A DNA stretch of 64,000 nucleotides. It comes from an uncultured Verrucomicrobiae bacterium. Its GTDB lineage: Bacteria > Verrucomicrobiota > Verrucomicrobiia > Limisphaerales > Palsa-1400. The translations under genes were made by a program, and so were the position numbers. Positions 21,463 through 33,262 of the stretch are shown piece after piece. The notes beneath the pieces are model-generated. The model saw nothing but the letters and a program-made list of their open reading frames with translations, searched no databases and had not been told where the DNA came from. The stretch spans positions 1-64,000 of the forward strand of contig OY969763.1 in NCBI GenBank assembly GCA_963702845.1, read 5' to 3'. How positions within the stretch are numbered: the stretch's first letter is position 1; the number at the start of each line of letters is the position of its first letter.

Positions 21463-22866
21463 ATGAAGATCATAACTCGCTGCCTTTACCTCACTCTGCT
21501 CGCCCTCGCTGGTTTCAGCGCCAACGCTGCGGCCAAACCAAACATCGTTTTCATCCTGGCCGATGATCTCGGCTCCTACGATGTCAGTTGGCGGGGGAGC
21601 AAAATCAAAACGCCAAACCTCGACCACCTCTGCGCGCAAGGCGCGAAGCTAGAGCAATTCTACGTTCAGCCCGTGTGCTCGCCCACGCGATCATCGCTCA
21701 TGACCGGTCGCTACCCGATGCGTTACGGTTTGCAGGTCGGCGTCATCCGTCCTTGGGCCAAATACGGTTTGCCGCTCGAAGAACGGACGTTGGCTCAGGC
21801 GTTGCGCGACGTCGGTTACTCGACAGCCATCTGCGGCAAATGGCATCTTGGCAGCGTGGACAAGGCGTATTGGCCCAATGCTCGCGGGTTCGACTATTGG
21901 TATGGCCACCTGATGGGTGCTCTCGATTATTTTACACACCTCCGCGACGGCAAGCTTGATTGGTATCGAAACGGCGAACTCAATCACGACAAAGGCTACA
22001 GCACATTTTTGGTCGGCGAAGAAGCCGCGCGAGTCATTCGCAATCAACCAAAAGACAAACCGCTCTTCCTTTACGTCCCGTTCAACGCTGTTCACGACCC
22101 GCTCGAAGCGCCGGCCGAATACTCGAACAAATATCCTAACATTGGCGGCCCGCGAAAAACCTACGCCGGAATGGTCACCGCGCTTGATGATATGGTCGGC
22201 AAAATCGTCGCTGCCGTGGAAGAATCCGGCCAACGCACGAATACGTTGTTCATTTTCGCCAGTGACAATGGCGGGCCCGCGCCTCACCGCCTCACTAGTA
22301 ACGGCCCGTTGCGCGGAGGCAAGTTCACCCTCTACGAAGGCGGCGTTCACACCTGTGCCTTTGCAACATGGGACGGCTACATTAAATCCGGAAGCACCGT
22401 CAATGCACTCATGCACATGGTCGACTGGTATCCGACCTTGCTGAAACTCGGTGGTGCATCGCTGAAACAAGAACTGCCGCTCGACGGCAAAGATATGTGG
22501 CCGAGCATCACACAAGGCACACCATCGCCGCGCACCGAAGTCCTCTGCAACGCCGCGCCGAGCAGTGGAGCGATTCGGGTTGGCGACTGGAAACTCGTCA
22601 TTAATGGAAACATGCGTGACACCGATGACGAATCGCCGCGCAAAAAAGAAAAGAATCAACCGAACGAATCGGCCAAAAAACTCGAACTGTTTAACCTTGC
22701 TGATGATCCGTATGAAAAGAACAACCTCGCCGAGTCTAAGCCGGAAAAACTGCAGGAGCTGTTAAAACATTACGAGAGATATGCTTCCGAAGCGGTCACT
22801 CCCAAAAACCAAAAAAACGCCAAAACGTCACCACCAAAGACACCCAAAACTTCTTCCGGCGGTTAA
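21463..22866 (+). CDS. S1 sulfatase (arylsulfatase B-like), signal peptide
   Basis: PNIVFILADDLG, CSPTRSSLMTG, GKWHLG, AVHDPL, YEGGV. Confidence 0.93.
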   Translation: MKIITRCLYLTLLALAGFSANAAAKPNIVFILADDLGSYDVSWRGSKIKTPNLDHLCAQGAKLEQFYVQPVCSPTRSSLMTGRYPMRYGLQVGVIRPWAKYGLPLEERTLAQALRDVGYSTAICGKWHLGSVDKAYWPNARGFDYWYGHLMGALDYFTHLRDGKLDWYRNGELNHDKGYSTFLVGEEAARVIRNQPKDKPLFLYVPFNAVHDPLEAPAEYSNKYPNIGGPRKTYAGMVTALDDMVGKIVAAVEESGQRTNTLFIFASDNGGPAPHRLTSNGPLRGGKFTLYEGGVHTCAFATWDGYIKSGSTVNALMHMVDWYPTLLKLGGASLKQELPLDGKDMWPSITQGTPSPRTEVLCNAAPSSGAIRVGDWKLVINGNMRDTDDESPRKKEKNQPNESAKKLELFNLADDPYEKNNLAESKPEKLQELLKHYERYASEAVTPKNQKNAKTSPPKTPKTSSGG

Positions 22867-22957
22867 GGATATCCGCCACAACGTAATAACTGTATTAAGT
22901 CAACAATATCAGGAACTTTTGCGTGCCAAACGCCTCTTACTAAGGCAAAGTTTTATT

Positions 22958-22986
22958 TTGACAATTTAGCTCTACGCCCGTAAAAA
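22958..22986 (+). promoter_or_regulatory. Candidate sigma70 promoter
   Basis: TTGACA-17 nt-TAAAAA upstream of the beta-barrel gene. Confidence 0.5.
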
Positions 22987-23059
22987 GTGCTTGATTGTCG
23001 GAATGCGTAAAGGCTGCATTCCCGCATTCGCTGGCCGGAACGGGTCACATACAGAAATT

Positions 23060-24406
23060 ATGAAACATCTTTTAGCTGCAATCGGCCTCGTCGCCGTAGG
23101 CGCGACCGCATTGCACGGTCAACCCACTGAACCCAACCCCACCCCGAACACCGAGCTTTCTCCGCAGGAAAAAACCAAGTTTTGGGCCGTTTCGGGGGCT
23201 TTGCGTGGTTTTTACGATGACAACTATACAGCCATTCCGCAGAGCCAAGGGCCGCTCCGTAGTTTTGGCGTGGAAGTTAGTCCGTCGGTTTCGCTCAACT
23301 GGGCTCCTGCCGAAACGCTCGTCGGTGCCAGTTACGTTTATGACTGGAAGTGGTACGCCAAGACCGGCGACAATGACCAAACCCACCAATTTAACGGCAA
23401 ATTTGTCCATAATTTCACCCCGCGCTATCGCTTGGAAGTGAACGACTCGTTCGTCATCAGTTCTGAACCGACTGTGTTGGACACCACCATCATTACTTCG
23501 CCGGTTAAGCGCACCCTCGAAGACAATTTGCGCAATCGCGGTTCGATTGTATTCGCCTCAGAATTGACGCCAATTCTCGGAACTGAAGTTGGTTATCAAA
23601 ACACTATTTACGATTATCGCCAAACGCTGTCTGACATGAGCGCGGTTCCGGCAAATCCGCCGACCGATTTGACACCCGTTATCGGCCCAAGCCGCTCCGC
23701 ATTGTTGAACCGTATCGAACAGTTGGTCACACTGGATTTGCGCTGGAAAATTTTACCTGAAACCACTGGTATCCTCGGCTACCAATTTCAAATTCGCCAG
23801 TTCACCAGCGATGAAAGCATAAGCCCCATTGACGTGGGCGATCCGCTAAACCCTGCTTTTCCTGTGGTTCCCGCCAGCGAGCGCGACAGCCTTTCGCACT
23901 TCCTTTTTGTGGGCGTCGACCAATCAGTGGGGCCGAGCTTGCGTGCGTCCGTTCGCATCGGAGGACAACTTCTCGACTACTACAACATTCATTTGCAGCA
24001 GGGTTCCCCCTATGCTGACGCAAACGTCACCTGGACGTATCTGCCCGGCAGCTACGCTCAACTCGGTTTGAAACACGAACATGCGGCAACCGACCTCGTC
24101 GGCGATCCGACCGATTTCGTGAGAGACCAGGAAGCAACGACAGTCTATGGCGCAGTCACGCACAAGATTACCGCCAAACTCGTCGGCAGCGTCCTTGGTC
24201 AATACCAAAACTCCCAGTTCAACGGTGGCGGTGCCGCCATCAACGGTCAGGGTGAAAACTTCTTCCTCGCCAACATCAACCTCGCCTACAAAATTAATCC
24301 GTATTTGTTGACCGAAGCCGGTTACGAATTCAATCACTTGGATTCACCATTCGACCGCGCCTATAGGCGCAGCCGCGTGTATCTCGGCGTGCGCGCAACC
24401 TACTAA
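23060..24406 (+). CDS. Outer-membrane beta-barrel protein (BBP2-like)
   Basis: Signal peptide MKHLLAAIG...; GFYDDN; amphipathic strands; C-terminal RSRVYLGVRATY resembling a BAM signal. Confidence 0.8.
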   Translation: MKHLLAAIGLVAVGATALHGQPTEPNPTPNTELSPQEKTKFWAVSGALRGFYDDNYTAIPQSQGPLRSFGVEVSPSVSLNWAPAETLVGASYVYDWKWYAKTGDNDQTHQFNGKFVHNFTPRYRLEVNDSFVISSEPTVLDTTIITSPVKRTLEDNLRNRGSIVFASELTPILGTEVGYQNTIYDYRQTLSDMSAVPANPPTDLTPVIGPSRSALLNRIEQLVTLDLRWKILPETTGILGYQFQIRQFTSDESISPIDVGDPLNPAFPVVPASERDSLSHFLFVGVDQSVGPSLRASVRIGGQLLDYYNIHLQQGSPYADANVTWTYLPGSYAQLGLKHEHAATDLVGDPTDFVRDQEATTVYGAVTHKITAKLVGSVLGQYQNSQFNGGGAAINGQGENFFLANINLAYKINPYLLTEAGYEFNHLDSPFDRAYRRSRVYLGVRATY

Positions 24407-24426
24407 ATTATAAAGTTTTTTCAGAC

Positions 24427-24456
24427 GCCGCTCGGAAACGAGCGGCTTTTTTGTTT
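24427..24456 (+). terminator. Intrinsic terminator
   Basis: GCCGCTCG-GAAA-CGAGCGGC followed by TTTTTTGTTT. Confidence 0.85.
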
Positions 24457-24535
24457 GTACCGGCAACGGGCATTTAAAGGCGCTTCAAATCAAAATTGAA
24501 CTGCCTATTGGAGCTGATGATCGGCTGCGCGTCGT

Positions 24536-25663
24536 CTAGACAAGCTTCGCAAGCCGCTTGTCTTCAGAAAGGCGCTTTACCAATTCCTTGACCTTCTGTG
24601 CCTGGCTCTTATGTGCGAGCAACACGGCATCGTCGGTTTGCACAAGAATTGAGTCGCGCAGGCCAACCACGCAAATTGGTGTCCGATTTTTTGTGCGTGC
24701 GTCGAAGATGACATTGCGCGCCGCATCGACGTGGATGAAGTCAGCGACCGCAGCATTGCCTTCAGCATCCTGCTTGATGTGTCGCGCAATCGCGTTCCAC
24801 GCACCAAGGTCATCCCACGGGAAACTACCATCTGCGACTACCACGTTCTGGGCATGCTCCATCAACGCGTAATCGATCGAGATCTTTTTGATTTCGGGAT
24901 ATTCCTTGGCCAGCACTTTGTCCAACTTCGGCGTGCCCGCGACTTTAAACCAACGCTGACAAGCCGCCGCCATTTCGGGCTGATGCTTTTCCAGTCCTTG
25001 CGTGATCGTGACAAACGACCAAACGAACATACCTGCATTCCAGCGATATTGGCCGTTGTTCAGGTATTCGAGCGCGCGATCAAAATTCGGTTTTTCCACG
25101 AACTGCTCCGCGCGGAAGAACGTCGTCTTGTAAGCCTTCACGCCTTGTGGCGGCGGAAGAACATTCCCAGTGCGAATATAACCGTAGCCCGTCGCCGGTT
25201 CCGTCGGCTTGATCCCGATCGTGACGATGACTTGTCCGCGGCTCGCCAAATCAAATGAGTCACCGAGAACTTGTTGAAATTTCTTTTCGTCTTCGATGAC
25301 ATGGTCAGCCGGAAGCACCGCCATGACACCGCTGGTCGAGCGCTGGCCAACGACTGCGGCGCCGAGCGTCACTGCGGCGCAAGTGTCGCGACCCACCGGT
25401 TCAGCGATCACGTTTGCCTTTGGAAGCTTGGGCAACTGTTTCCGAACCTCCGGCGCCTGCACAGCGTTGGTGATGATGTAAATGTTCTTAATTGGAACCA
25501 GCGGCAATACTCGATCGACGGCTTGTTGGAGCAGGGAGCGTTTACCAAGCAGTGTCACGAGTTGCTTTGGTGTTTTTTCGCGGCTCACCGGCCAGAAACG
25601 TTCACCGCGTCCACCGGCCATGATGATGACGAACCTGTCGTTGGTATTCGCTGTTTTTTTCAT
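24536..25663 (-). CDS. manC: Mannose-1-phosphate guanylyltransferase (monofunctional)
   Basis: MAGGRGERFWPVSR..PKQ, EPVGRDT, PADH, TGYGYI, FVEKP, WNAGMF, SIDYALME, WDDLGAW. Confidence 0.92.
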   Translation of the reverse strand: MKKTANTNDRFVIIMAGGRGERFWPVSREKTPKQLVTLLGKRSLLQQAVDRVLPLVPIKNIYIITNAVQAPEVRKQLPKLPKANVIAEPVGRDTCAAVTLGAAVVGQRSTSGVMAVLPADHVIEDEKKFQQVLGDSFDLASRGQVIVTIGIKPTEPATGYGYIRTGNVLPPPQGVKAYKTTFFRAEQFVEKPNFDRALEYLNNGQYRWNAGMFVWSFVTITQGLEKHQPEMAAACQRWFKVAGTPKLDKVLAKEYPEIKKISIDYALMEHAQNVVVADGSFPWDDLGAWNAIARHIKQDAEGNAAVADFIHVDAARNVIFDARTKNRTPICVVGLRDSILVQTDDAVLLAHKSQAQKVKELVKRLSEDKRLAKLV

Positions 25664-26466
25664 GTGTTGGAACCTTTGATTGCCTGGGCCAATTCAGAAA
25701 CGAAACTACTGACGCGTGAAACCATCTCGGGTGACTTGCCAAGTTTTGCGATCTGGTTCACCACGGCACTGCCGACGACAATGGCGTCACTATGCGATGC
25801 GACTGCCTTGGCTTGTTCGGGATTGGAAATCCCAAAGCCAATGGCGATCGGCAAATTCGTATGCGCCCGAATTTTCTTGGTCATGTCGCCGATTGTGTCG
25901 GCTACTTTGGTCTGCATCCCCGTGACGCCTTCGCGTGAGACGTAATATATAAAACCGGTGCCGCGTTTAACGATCAGGGCGATGCGGTCTTCAGGCGTAG
26001 TCGGAGCGACGAGGTAGATGACGTTCAACCCATTTTTCGCCATCAGGCTTTCGTAATTCTCCGACTCCTCGGGCGGCAGATCGAGCGTCAGGAATCCGTC
26101 AACGCCGGCCATGGCCGCGTCCTGGATGAACTTTTCGAGTCCGTAGCGATGCATCAGGTTGAAATAAATATACAGGACGATCGGCACCTGCGACTGCTTG
26201 CGAATCTCAGCGATCGTTTGAAGCAGTTTGGGCGGTGTTGTGCCCGACTCGAGCCCGCGTTGGGCAGCAAGTTGATTTACCAGCCCATCAGCGAGTGGAT
26301 CGCTGAACGGCACGCCAAGCTCTAAAACATCAACGCCAGCCTTGTCGAAGGCGAGGCCAAGTTGCCTGGTGCTTTCGAGGTCGGGATCACCCGCACCGAT
26401 GTAAATTACGAGGCCCTTTTTGCCTTCTTTTTTGAGGCGACTAAAGCGTTCATCAATCCGATTCAC
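25660..26466 (-). CDS. trpA: Tryptophan synthase alpha subunit
   Basis: AGDP, ELGVPFSDPLADG, DLPPEE, APTT, YYVSREGVTG, GFGIS, VGSA. Confidence 0.96.
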   Translation of the reverse strand: MNRIDERFSRLKKEGKKGLVIYIGAGDPDLESTRQLGLAFDKAGVDVLELGVPFSDPLADGLVNQLAAQRGLESGTTPPKLLQTIAEIRKQSQVPIVLYIYFNLMHRYGLEKFIQDAAMAGVDGFLTLDLPPEESENYESLMAKNGLNVIYLVAPTTPEDRIALIVKRGTGFIYYVSREGVTGMQTKVADTIGDMTKKIRAHTNLPIAIGFGISNPEQAKAVASHSDAIVVGSAVVNQIAKLGKSPEMVSRVSSFVSELAQAIKGSNT

Positions 26467-26472
26467 GCGTCG

Positions 26473-26501
26473 AGAATGGCAAGGATTAGCGCACGCGGCA
26501 A
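26473..26501 (-). promoter_or_regulatory. Candidate leaderless promoter of trpA
   Basis: Minus strand TTGCCG-17 nt-(TGc)CATTCT-6 nt-GTG. Confidence 0.55.
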
Positions 26502-26509
26502 GTAGGTAG

Positions 26510-26830
26510 CTACTTGGAATCTCCCTTAGGTTTGGACGGAGACGGCGTCGCCGCTGGCTTGGATTCCGATTTCGCTGGAGTTGTCGACGGGGGTGCGTCC
26601 TTCTTGGCGGCAGCTTTATAGCTGTCGCTGCGGTAATCGGTGATGTAAAAACCGCTGCCTTTGAAAAGCAAACCGGCGCCGCCGCTGATGGTGCGTTTCA
26701 CTTTGCCTTTGCCCCATGGTTTCTTGGGGCAAACTTCCTTCGGGCAAGTCGTCAATGCAGCGGAAGACATGGGCTGAGATTGTTCAAAAGTATGTCCGCA
26801 CTTGGCGCAGGCATATTCGTAAGTCGGCAT
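26510..26830 (-). CDS. FmdB family zinc-ribbon protein
   Basis: MPTYEYACAKCGHTFE, CP..C, FKGSGFYITDY, low-complexity tail. Confidence 0.9.
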   Translation of the reverse strand: MPTYEYACAKCGHTFEQSQPMSSAALTTCPKEVCPKKPWGKGKVKRTISGGAGLLFKGSGFYITDYRSDSYKAAAKKDAPPSTTPAKSESKPAATPSPSKPKGDSK

Positions 26831-26875
26831 AACGTATTAGATAGTGGCAGGGGTGGAACGTTCAATGGCAATCGG

Positions 26876-27930
26876 TCATCCGCCGATGCAACTCATTGTG
26901 CGCTCGGGTTGCACGAAACCGGGCTCGCCAATATGGTGGCGCGCTTCCTTTTTCCAAACGGCGTCCTGCAGGAATTTTCCGATGTCTGCGTCCTCAGCAT
27001 TATTGCGGACGAGCGAACGGATGTCGTGTTCGACAACGCTGAACAGGCAGGTCCGGATTTTGCCATCGGCCGTCAAACGCAGGCGATTGCAATGGCCGCA
27101 AAACGGTTCGCTCACTGGAGCAATGATTCCGATTTCCGCGCCGGGCGAGTTTTCAAAAGACCACCGTTTGGCCGTTTCGGATTTGTTGTTCGAAATGACT
27201 GGCTTTAGTCGAAACGCTTTTTGTAGCCGTTGCAAAATTTCCCTGCCGGGAACGACCAATTCTTTTTGCCACGCGCGACCGGAATCAAGTGGCATGAACT
27301 CGATGAAACGAAAGGAGAGTTGTTTTTCTGAGCAAACTCGGCCAAGGCTTCGATTTCGTGATCGTTGATGCCTTGATCATAACCGCGTTTACTTTCACCG
27401 GGTTGAAGCCGAGTTGGTGGGCCATGTCGATGCCATCGAGGACTTCCTGCAAACTATCGCGTCCGGTGATTTTTTTGAAATTTTCGCGATCAAGCGAATC
27501 CATGCTGAAGCTGATTCGTTGCAGTCCGGCATCGCGCAGGGCTTTGGCTTTTTGTGCAAAGAAGAAGCCATTGGTCGTCATCGCGAGGTCTTTGACGCCA
27601 TCGATTTTCGCGATTTTTTCAACAAGCTTTTCGAGTTGTTGACGGAGAACGGCTCGCCGCCAGTGAGCCGGATTTTTTCGATTCCAAGATTTACCGCGAC
27701 CCGCACGATGCGTTCGATTTCTTCGAAGCTCAGAATGTTCGCAGACAGAATGCCATGTGGCGAGCGATGCGTTGCGCGCCGTTTTTGATGAAGCGGGACT
27801 GATAAAAATTGGCCGCGGCTTCGGTTTCCGGCAGGCAATACAGGCACCGGAAATTGCAACGATCCGTCACGCTGACGCGTAAATCGCGAAGAGTGCGGCC
27901 ATGCGAATCTATGAGGCCAGCAGGATGCAT
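26876..27930 (-). CDS. moaA: GTP 3',8-cyclase MoaA, several apparent frameshifts
   Basis: [50 protein letters not shown]-terminal MSCIGG, spread over several frames. Confidence 0.9.
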
Positions 27931-27981
27931 CCGGATTAATAAATATATGTGAGAACGGGACCGAAAGCGAGTCGCAGACGA

Positions 27982-29450
27982 TCAAACGGCACCGGCTCTC
28001 TTCACGGGCACGATCCGTCGATAGACTTTTTCGTAGGATTTGGCGGTGCGGTCCCATGAGAAATCCTTTTTCATGCCGTTGAGCCGGTAATGCTGGAACA
28101 GTTCTTTATCGTCGTAAATAATAAGAGCCTTGCGAACGTGCTTTGGCAAGTGAGCGCGACGGAGTATTCGCGGAACTTGATACCGTCGGATTTGTCTTCG
28201 TCTCGGAAATGTCTATGACGGAATCATCGAGGCCGCCGGTGACGCGGACGATCGGGATCGTGCCGTAGCGAAGGCTGTACATTTGGTTCAAGCCGCAAGG
28301 TTCGAATCGCGAGGGCATGACGAAGAAATCCGAACCGGCTTCAATCCGATGCGACAGGCCTTGGTCGAAACCGATTTTCACCGCGCATTTGGTCGGGTAA
28401 CGCGCGGCGAGCTTGGTGTAACCGCGTTCGTATTCCTTGCTGCCACTGCCGAGCAGGGCGAATTGCATGTTGGCGGCAAGCATTTCTTCGAGCGCGCCGA
28501 GTTGGATGTCGACGCCTTTTTGTTCGGCGAGCCGCGTGACGCTTCCAAAGAGCGGAACATTTGGATCGATTGGGAGCCCCATTTCTTTTTGCAACGCCGC
28601 TTTATCAGATTCTTTGCCGGACAAATCTTTCCAATTGTAGGGATATTTCAGATACGAGTTTTCTTCTGTTTGCCACTCGTCGTAATCGACACCGTTCAAG
28701 ATGCCGAAAAGCGCGTTTTGCCGTTGGCGCAATGCGCCATCTAAACCGCAACCGAACGGTTCGGTGGTGATTTCGCGCGCGTAACGTGGGCTGACCGTCG
28801 TGATCAAGTCGGAGTAAGAGATGCCGGCTTTGAGGAAATTAAACATGCCATAGCATTCCGCGCCGTTCGGATTGAAGAAATCCGTGCTTAGATTTGTGAT
28901 GGCGTATTTTTCACGCGGGAAGATGCCTTGGTAAGCGAGATTGTGAATGGTCAGGCAAGTCTGCGGCGCATTGTGCCAGCCTTCGTGCCATTTTTGATTG
29001 AGAACAGCAGTGGAATAAGCGCGGCTTGCCAGTCGTGCACATGAACAACGTCGGGCGGTGATGGCAAATAGCGCGCGAGGTTAACAGCGGCTTTTGAAAA
29101 AAAGGCGAAACGCTCGGCATTGTCGGGGTAATCAACTCCTTTGTCGCTGTAGAGCGCGGTGCGTTGGTAGAAAGTTTTTTGGTCGATGAAATAGATCGTC
29201 AGTTGATCTTCGAATTGGCGCGCATAGACGCTGCCTTGAACCCATTTGTCACCGAGCTGCAGATTCAGATTCCAATCGAACGGTTTTACTTCTGGGAAAT
29301 CGTTCGAGAATTCCGGAGTAGAGCGGTGTGACTACGCTGACGTGATGGCCATCGCGAGCGACGAAATTTGCCGAGCGCTCCGACCATATCGGCCAGACCG
29401 CCCGACTTCGAATAAGGATGAACTTCACTACTCGCGAGCAGGATGTGCAT
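27982..29450 (-). CDS. glgA: Glycogen synthase, several apparent frameshifts
   Basis: [73 protein letters not shown]. Confidence 0.9.
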
Positions 29451-29469
29451 GCGCGTCAATCTATGCTGG

Positions 29470-30783
<1,314 letters not shown>

Positions 30784-30789
30784 CGGTGC

Positions 30790-30795
30790 ATTATA
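30790..30795 (-). promoter_or_regulatory. -10 box of a candidate leaderless serS transcript
   Basis: Minus strand TATAAT-gcaccg-ATG. Confidence 0.6.
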
Positions 30796-30921
30796 GAAAC
30801 GAAGGGCATTGGGGAAAGTCAGAATTAAGCCGAAAGGTGCAACGGGTTCGCTACCAACGGGTGGGCGGTGGGCTGATGAGGAACCGCCAAGGCACCAAAG
30901 GAGGAGGCGAGTCCTATGAAT

Positions 30922-31374
30922 TTACATGCGAGGCGGTGGGAGTATTTCGAGTTGATGTTTGTTTGCGATCTCGATGACGGCGGGAATGTTTTGTTGTTGG
31001 TCCGGAGGCATCGCCGCGATTTCTTCGAAGAATTGTTCGAAGCCCGCCGGGGTAATGACGCACATGAGGCGACCGGGCGTCTTGCCTAGATAGCGGTAGG
31101 TGTGAGGAATGTCGCGAGGAGCGAAAATGGTTGTGCCTTTCCGTGCGACAAACTTTTTGTCGCCAACGGTCCATTCGTATTCCCCTTCGAGGACTTGAAA
31201 GGTTTCGTCCTCGCGTCGGTGGATGTGCAGCGGGGGGCCTCCGCCCGGAACGTCGTGCGATTCGACGACGGCAACGATGCCGCCGGTTTCGCGGCCATGG
31301 AGACGAATGACCATTGGGATGCCGAGGACGTTGAGCTTCTTGCCGCCGTCGTTAGGGATTTCGATGGGGTTCAT
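30922..31374 (-). CDS. Cupin domain protein (quercetinase-like)
   Basis: GGPPLHIHRREDETFQVLEG, PRDIPHTY, TPAGFEQFF. Confidence 0.85.
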   Translation of the reverse strand: MNPIEIPNDGGKKLNVLGIPMVIRLHGRETGGIVAVVESHDVPGGGPPLHIHRREDETFQVLEGEYEWTVGDKKFVARKGTTIFAPRDIPHTYRYLGKTPGRLMCVITPAGFEQFFEEIAAMPPDQQQNIPAVIEIANKHQLEILPPPRM

Positions 31375-31461
31375 AGTTTCGATTCCTGGATATGTAAGAC
31401 AATCCGCACAGTGCAACGTAGCACTTGGTGTTCAGAGTTGGAGGCGTTTTTCCTCTTATTT

Positions 31462-33189
31462 CTAATGCGGGTTCTGCGCGGTTGCCCGTGGTTCGCCAAG
31501 TAGTTTTTGGGTGGCGCTCCGGATCCATTCCTGAGTTTTTGGAAAATCTTTGTAGCTTTTTATATCGGCCAGCATCGGATCGTTAGGGGTGACCCCGGCG
31601 GTCTGTAAAATGGCGTAGTCCTGAAGCGATTCGGCAAAGACCTCCCAGCGGATGGAGTCGATGGGCGCGCCGTCCTTTCCAGGATAGATCTCGAACGTAT
31701 CACCAGCGGGCACGACACCGCCGCCGGTTGTGTCGCAGAACGGATCGGTCAGTTCTTCCTGTTCCAGCTTGTGCCAATAATTAAATCCCCAATGCAAAAA
31801 TCCTTTCGCACCGAGCCGGTAGAAAATCCAACCGCTCATGCGGATTTTTGGCAGCGGCGTATCCTCGAAACGGTTCAGCCAATCGCCGGTTGGACTACAG
31901 CAATAATAGACCCAGTGCGGAATTCCGGCGTCGATGAAGGCTTGAGCAGCGCTGACGACGGGCACGGGCATATCCGTTACACCCTCACGTCCGTAACTGA
32001 CGTCGCTGAGTGCGTCCATCGTCTTCATCCAGGGAGCGAGGTCGTGAAGGATTTTGCGGGCCTGGCGATAGCGCTCGATGTCGTTGGCGTCCGGTTCGTC
32101 TGACAAGTGGAAATAAGAGCTATCCAGCAGTTTCTCTTGCTCAAGGAAGTTGTGGAAGGCGGGCAGGAATTGCTTCAGGAAACCAACATAAGTATCGGAG
32201 AACCCGCTGATATCCGGCGACCAGAGCATTTCGAATTTCCCAGGCTGCTTTTCGGTGTAGATACGAACCGGGTTTTTGACGCCCCAGTAAATCCAAAGGT
32301 GCGACCACTCGAATTGTTTGAAGCCGATTTGCCGGGCCATGTCGGTGAGTTGTTTTACTTTTGAGAAGTCGAACTGGTACTTACCCGGCGACGGTTCGTT
32401 GACGACCAGCAACTGGCACGGGCGTTGGAAAGTTTCGCGGCGATTGAAAAAGATCGGCACATAGAGGACGTCCGATCCGTGGTCGAGCATGTCGGTGAGT
32501 TGATCGCGCGTAATGTTCCACCAACGTTGATCGAACATGCCTGTCTTGTAGTAATCCCACGTGGCTTCGCCGCGCCACCAGTGAATGACCGGGAAATCGT
32601 GCCGTGGCTGAATGACGAATTGGCTGACGGTCAACTTTAGCGGCAGTTCCACCACTGTGGTTTTGGAACCCTTCTCACCGGTGTGAAGCGCAACCTGCAC
32701 AACGATTTTGCGAGGGCCTGGAGTGGTTGCGGCGGGAATGTTGAGAGTTATCCAAAAAGCGCGGGACTGATAGGGCCCGAAATTGACTTTGGTGAATGGC
32801 AGGAGCGGGTCCGGAACCATTCCGGGGATCTTACCTAAACCTTCCACTTCAGACAGGCTGGCGGAAAAGTTTTGCACGGGCACCAATCCTTCGAATCGAA
32901 TCTTCGATTTGAAATCATCTGCGCCGACCAATTTGGGTTCGACATAAAGGACCTGAACTTTTTCGCTGCGTGCGCAGATCTGAAATGCGACGCGTCCGTT
33001 ACGCGGCACCAACAGTTCCAGTTCGGCCCGGCCTGGCTTTGTGTCCGGATAGACACGCGCGAGCGATGACTCCAACCAGACCTCGGCTTTGGCTTGTGGA
33101 TCGGTGCCAAGTTGGACGAGGTGTGACTGACCTTGCGCGGCGCTCGCGATGGCAAGCATCAGGCATAAACAAAGAGCTGGGAAATTCAT
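31462..33189 (-). CDS. Secreted DUF4091-domain putative glycoside hydrolase (GH123-like)
   Basis: Signal peptide from ATG 33189; VPDPL, FHLSDEP, WVYYCC, GFLHWGFNYW, GDTFEIYPG, SIRWEVFAESLQDY. Confidence 0.75.
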   Translation of the reverse strand: MNFPALCLCLMLAIASAAQGQSHLVQLGTDPQAKAEVWLESSLARVYPDTKPGRAELELLVPRNGRVAFQICARSEKVQVLYVEPKLVGADDFKSKIRFEGLVPVQNFSASLSEVEGLGKIPGMVPDPLLPFTKVNFGPYQSRAFWITLNIPAATTPGPRKIVVQVALHTGEKGSKTTVVELPLKLTVSQFVIQPRHDFPVIHWWRGEATWDYYKTGMFDQRWWNITRDQLTDMLDHGSDVLYVPIFFNRRETFQRPCQLLVVNEPSPGKYQFDFSKVKQLTDMARQIGFKQFEWSHLWIYWGVKNPVRIYTEKQPGKFEMLWSPDISGFSDTYVGFLKQFLPAFHNFLEQEKLLDSSYFHLSDEPDANDIERYRQARKILHDLAPWMKTMDALSDVSYGREGVTDMPVPVVSAAQAFIDAGIPHWVYYCCSPTGDWLNRFEDTPLPKIRMSGWIFYRLGAKGFLHWGFNYWHKLEQEELTDPFCDTTGGGVVPAGDTFEIYPGKDGAPIDSIRWEVFAESLQDYAILQTAGVTPNDPMLADIKSYKDFPKTQEWIRSATQKLLGEPRATAQNPH

Positions 33190-33262
33190 TGTTGTAAGGA
33201 GGCTAAAGCGCTGACGCACGCTGGCAACAGCATATTCAAGCGAACGCGGAATTAGAACCTCG

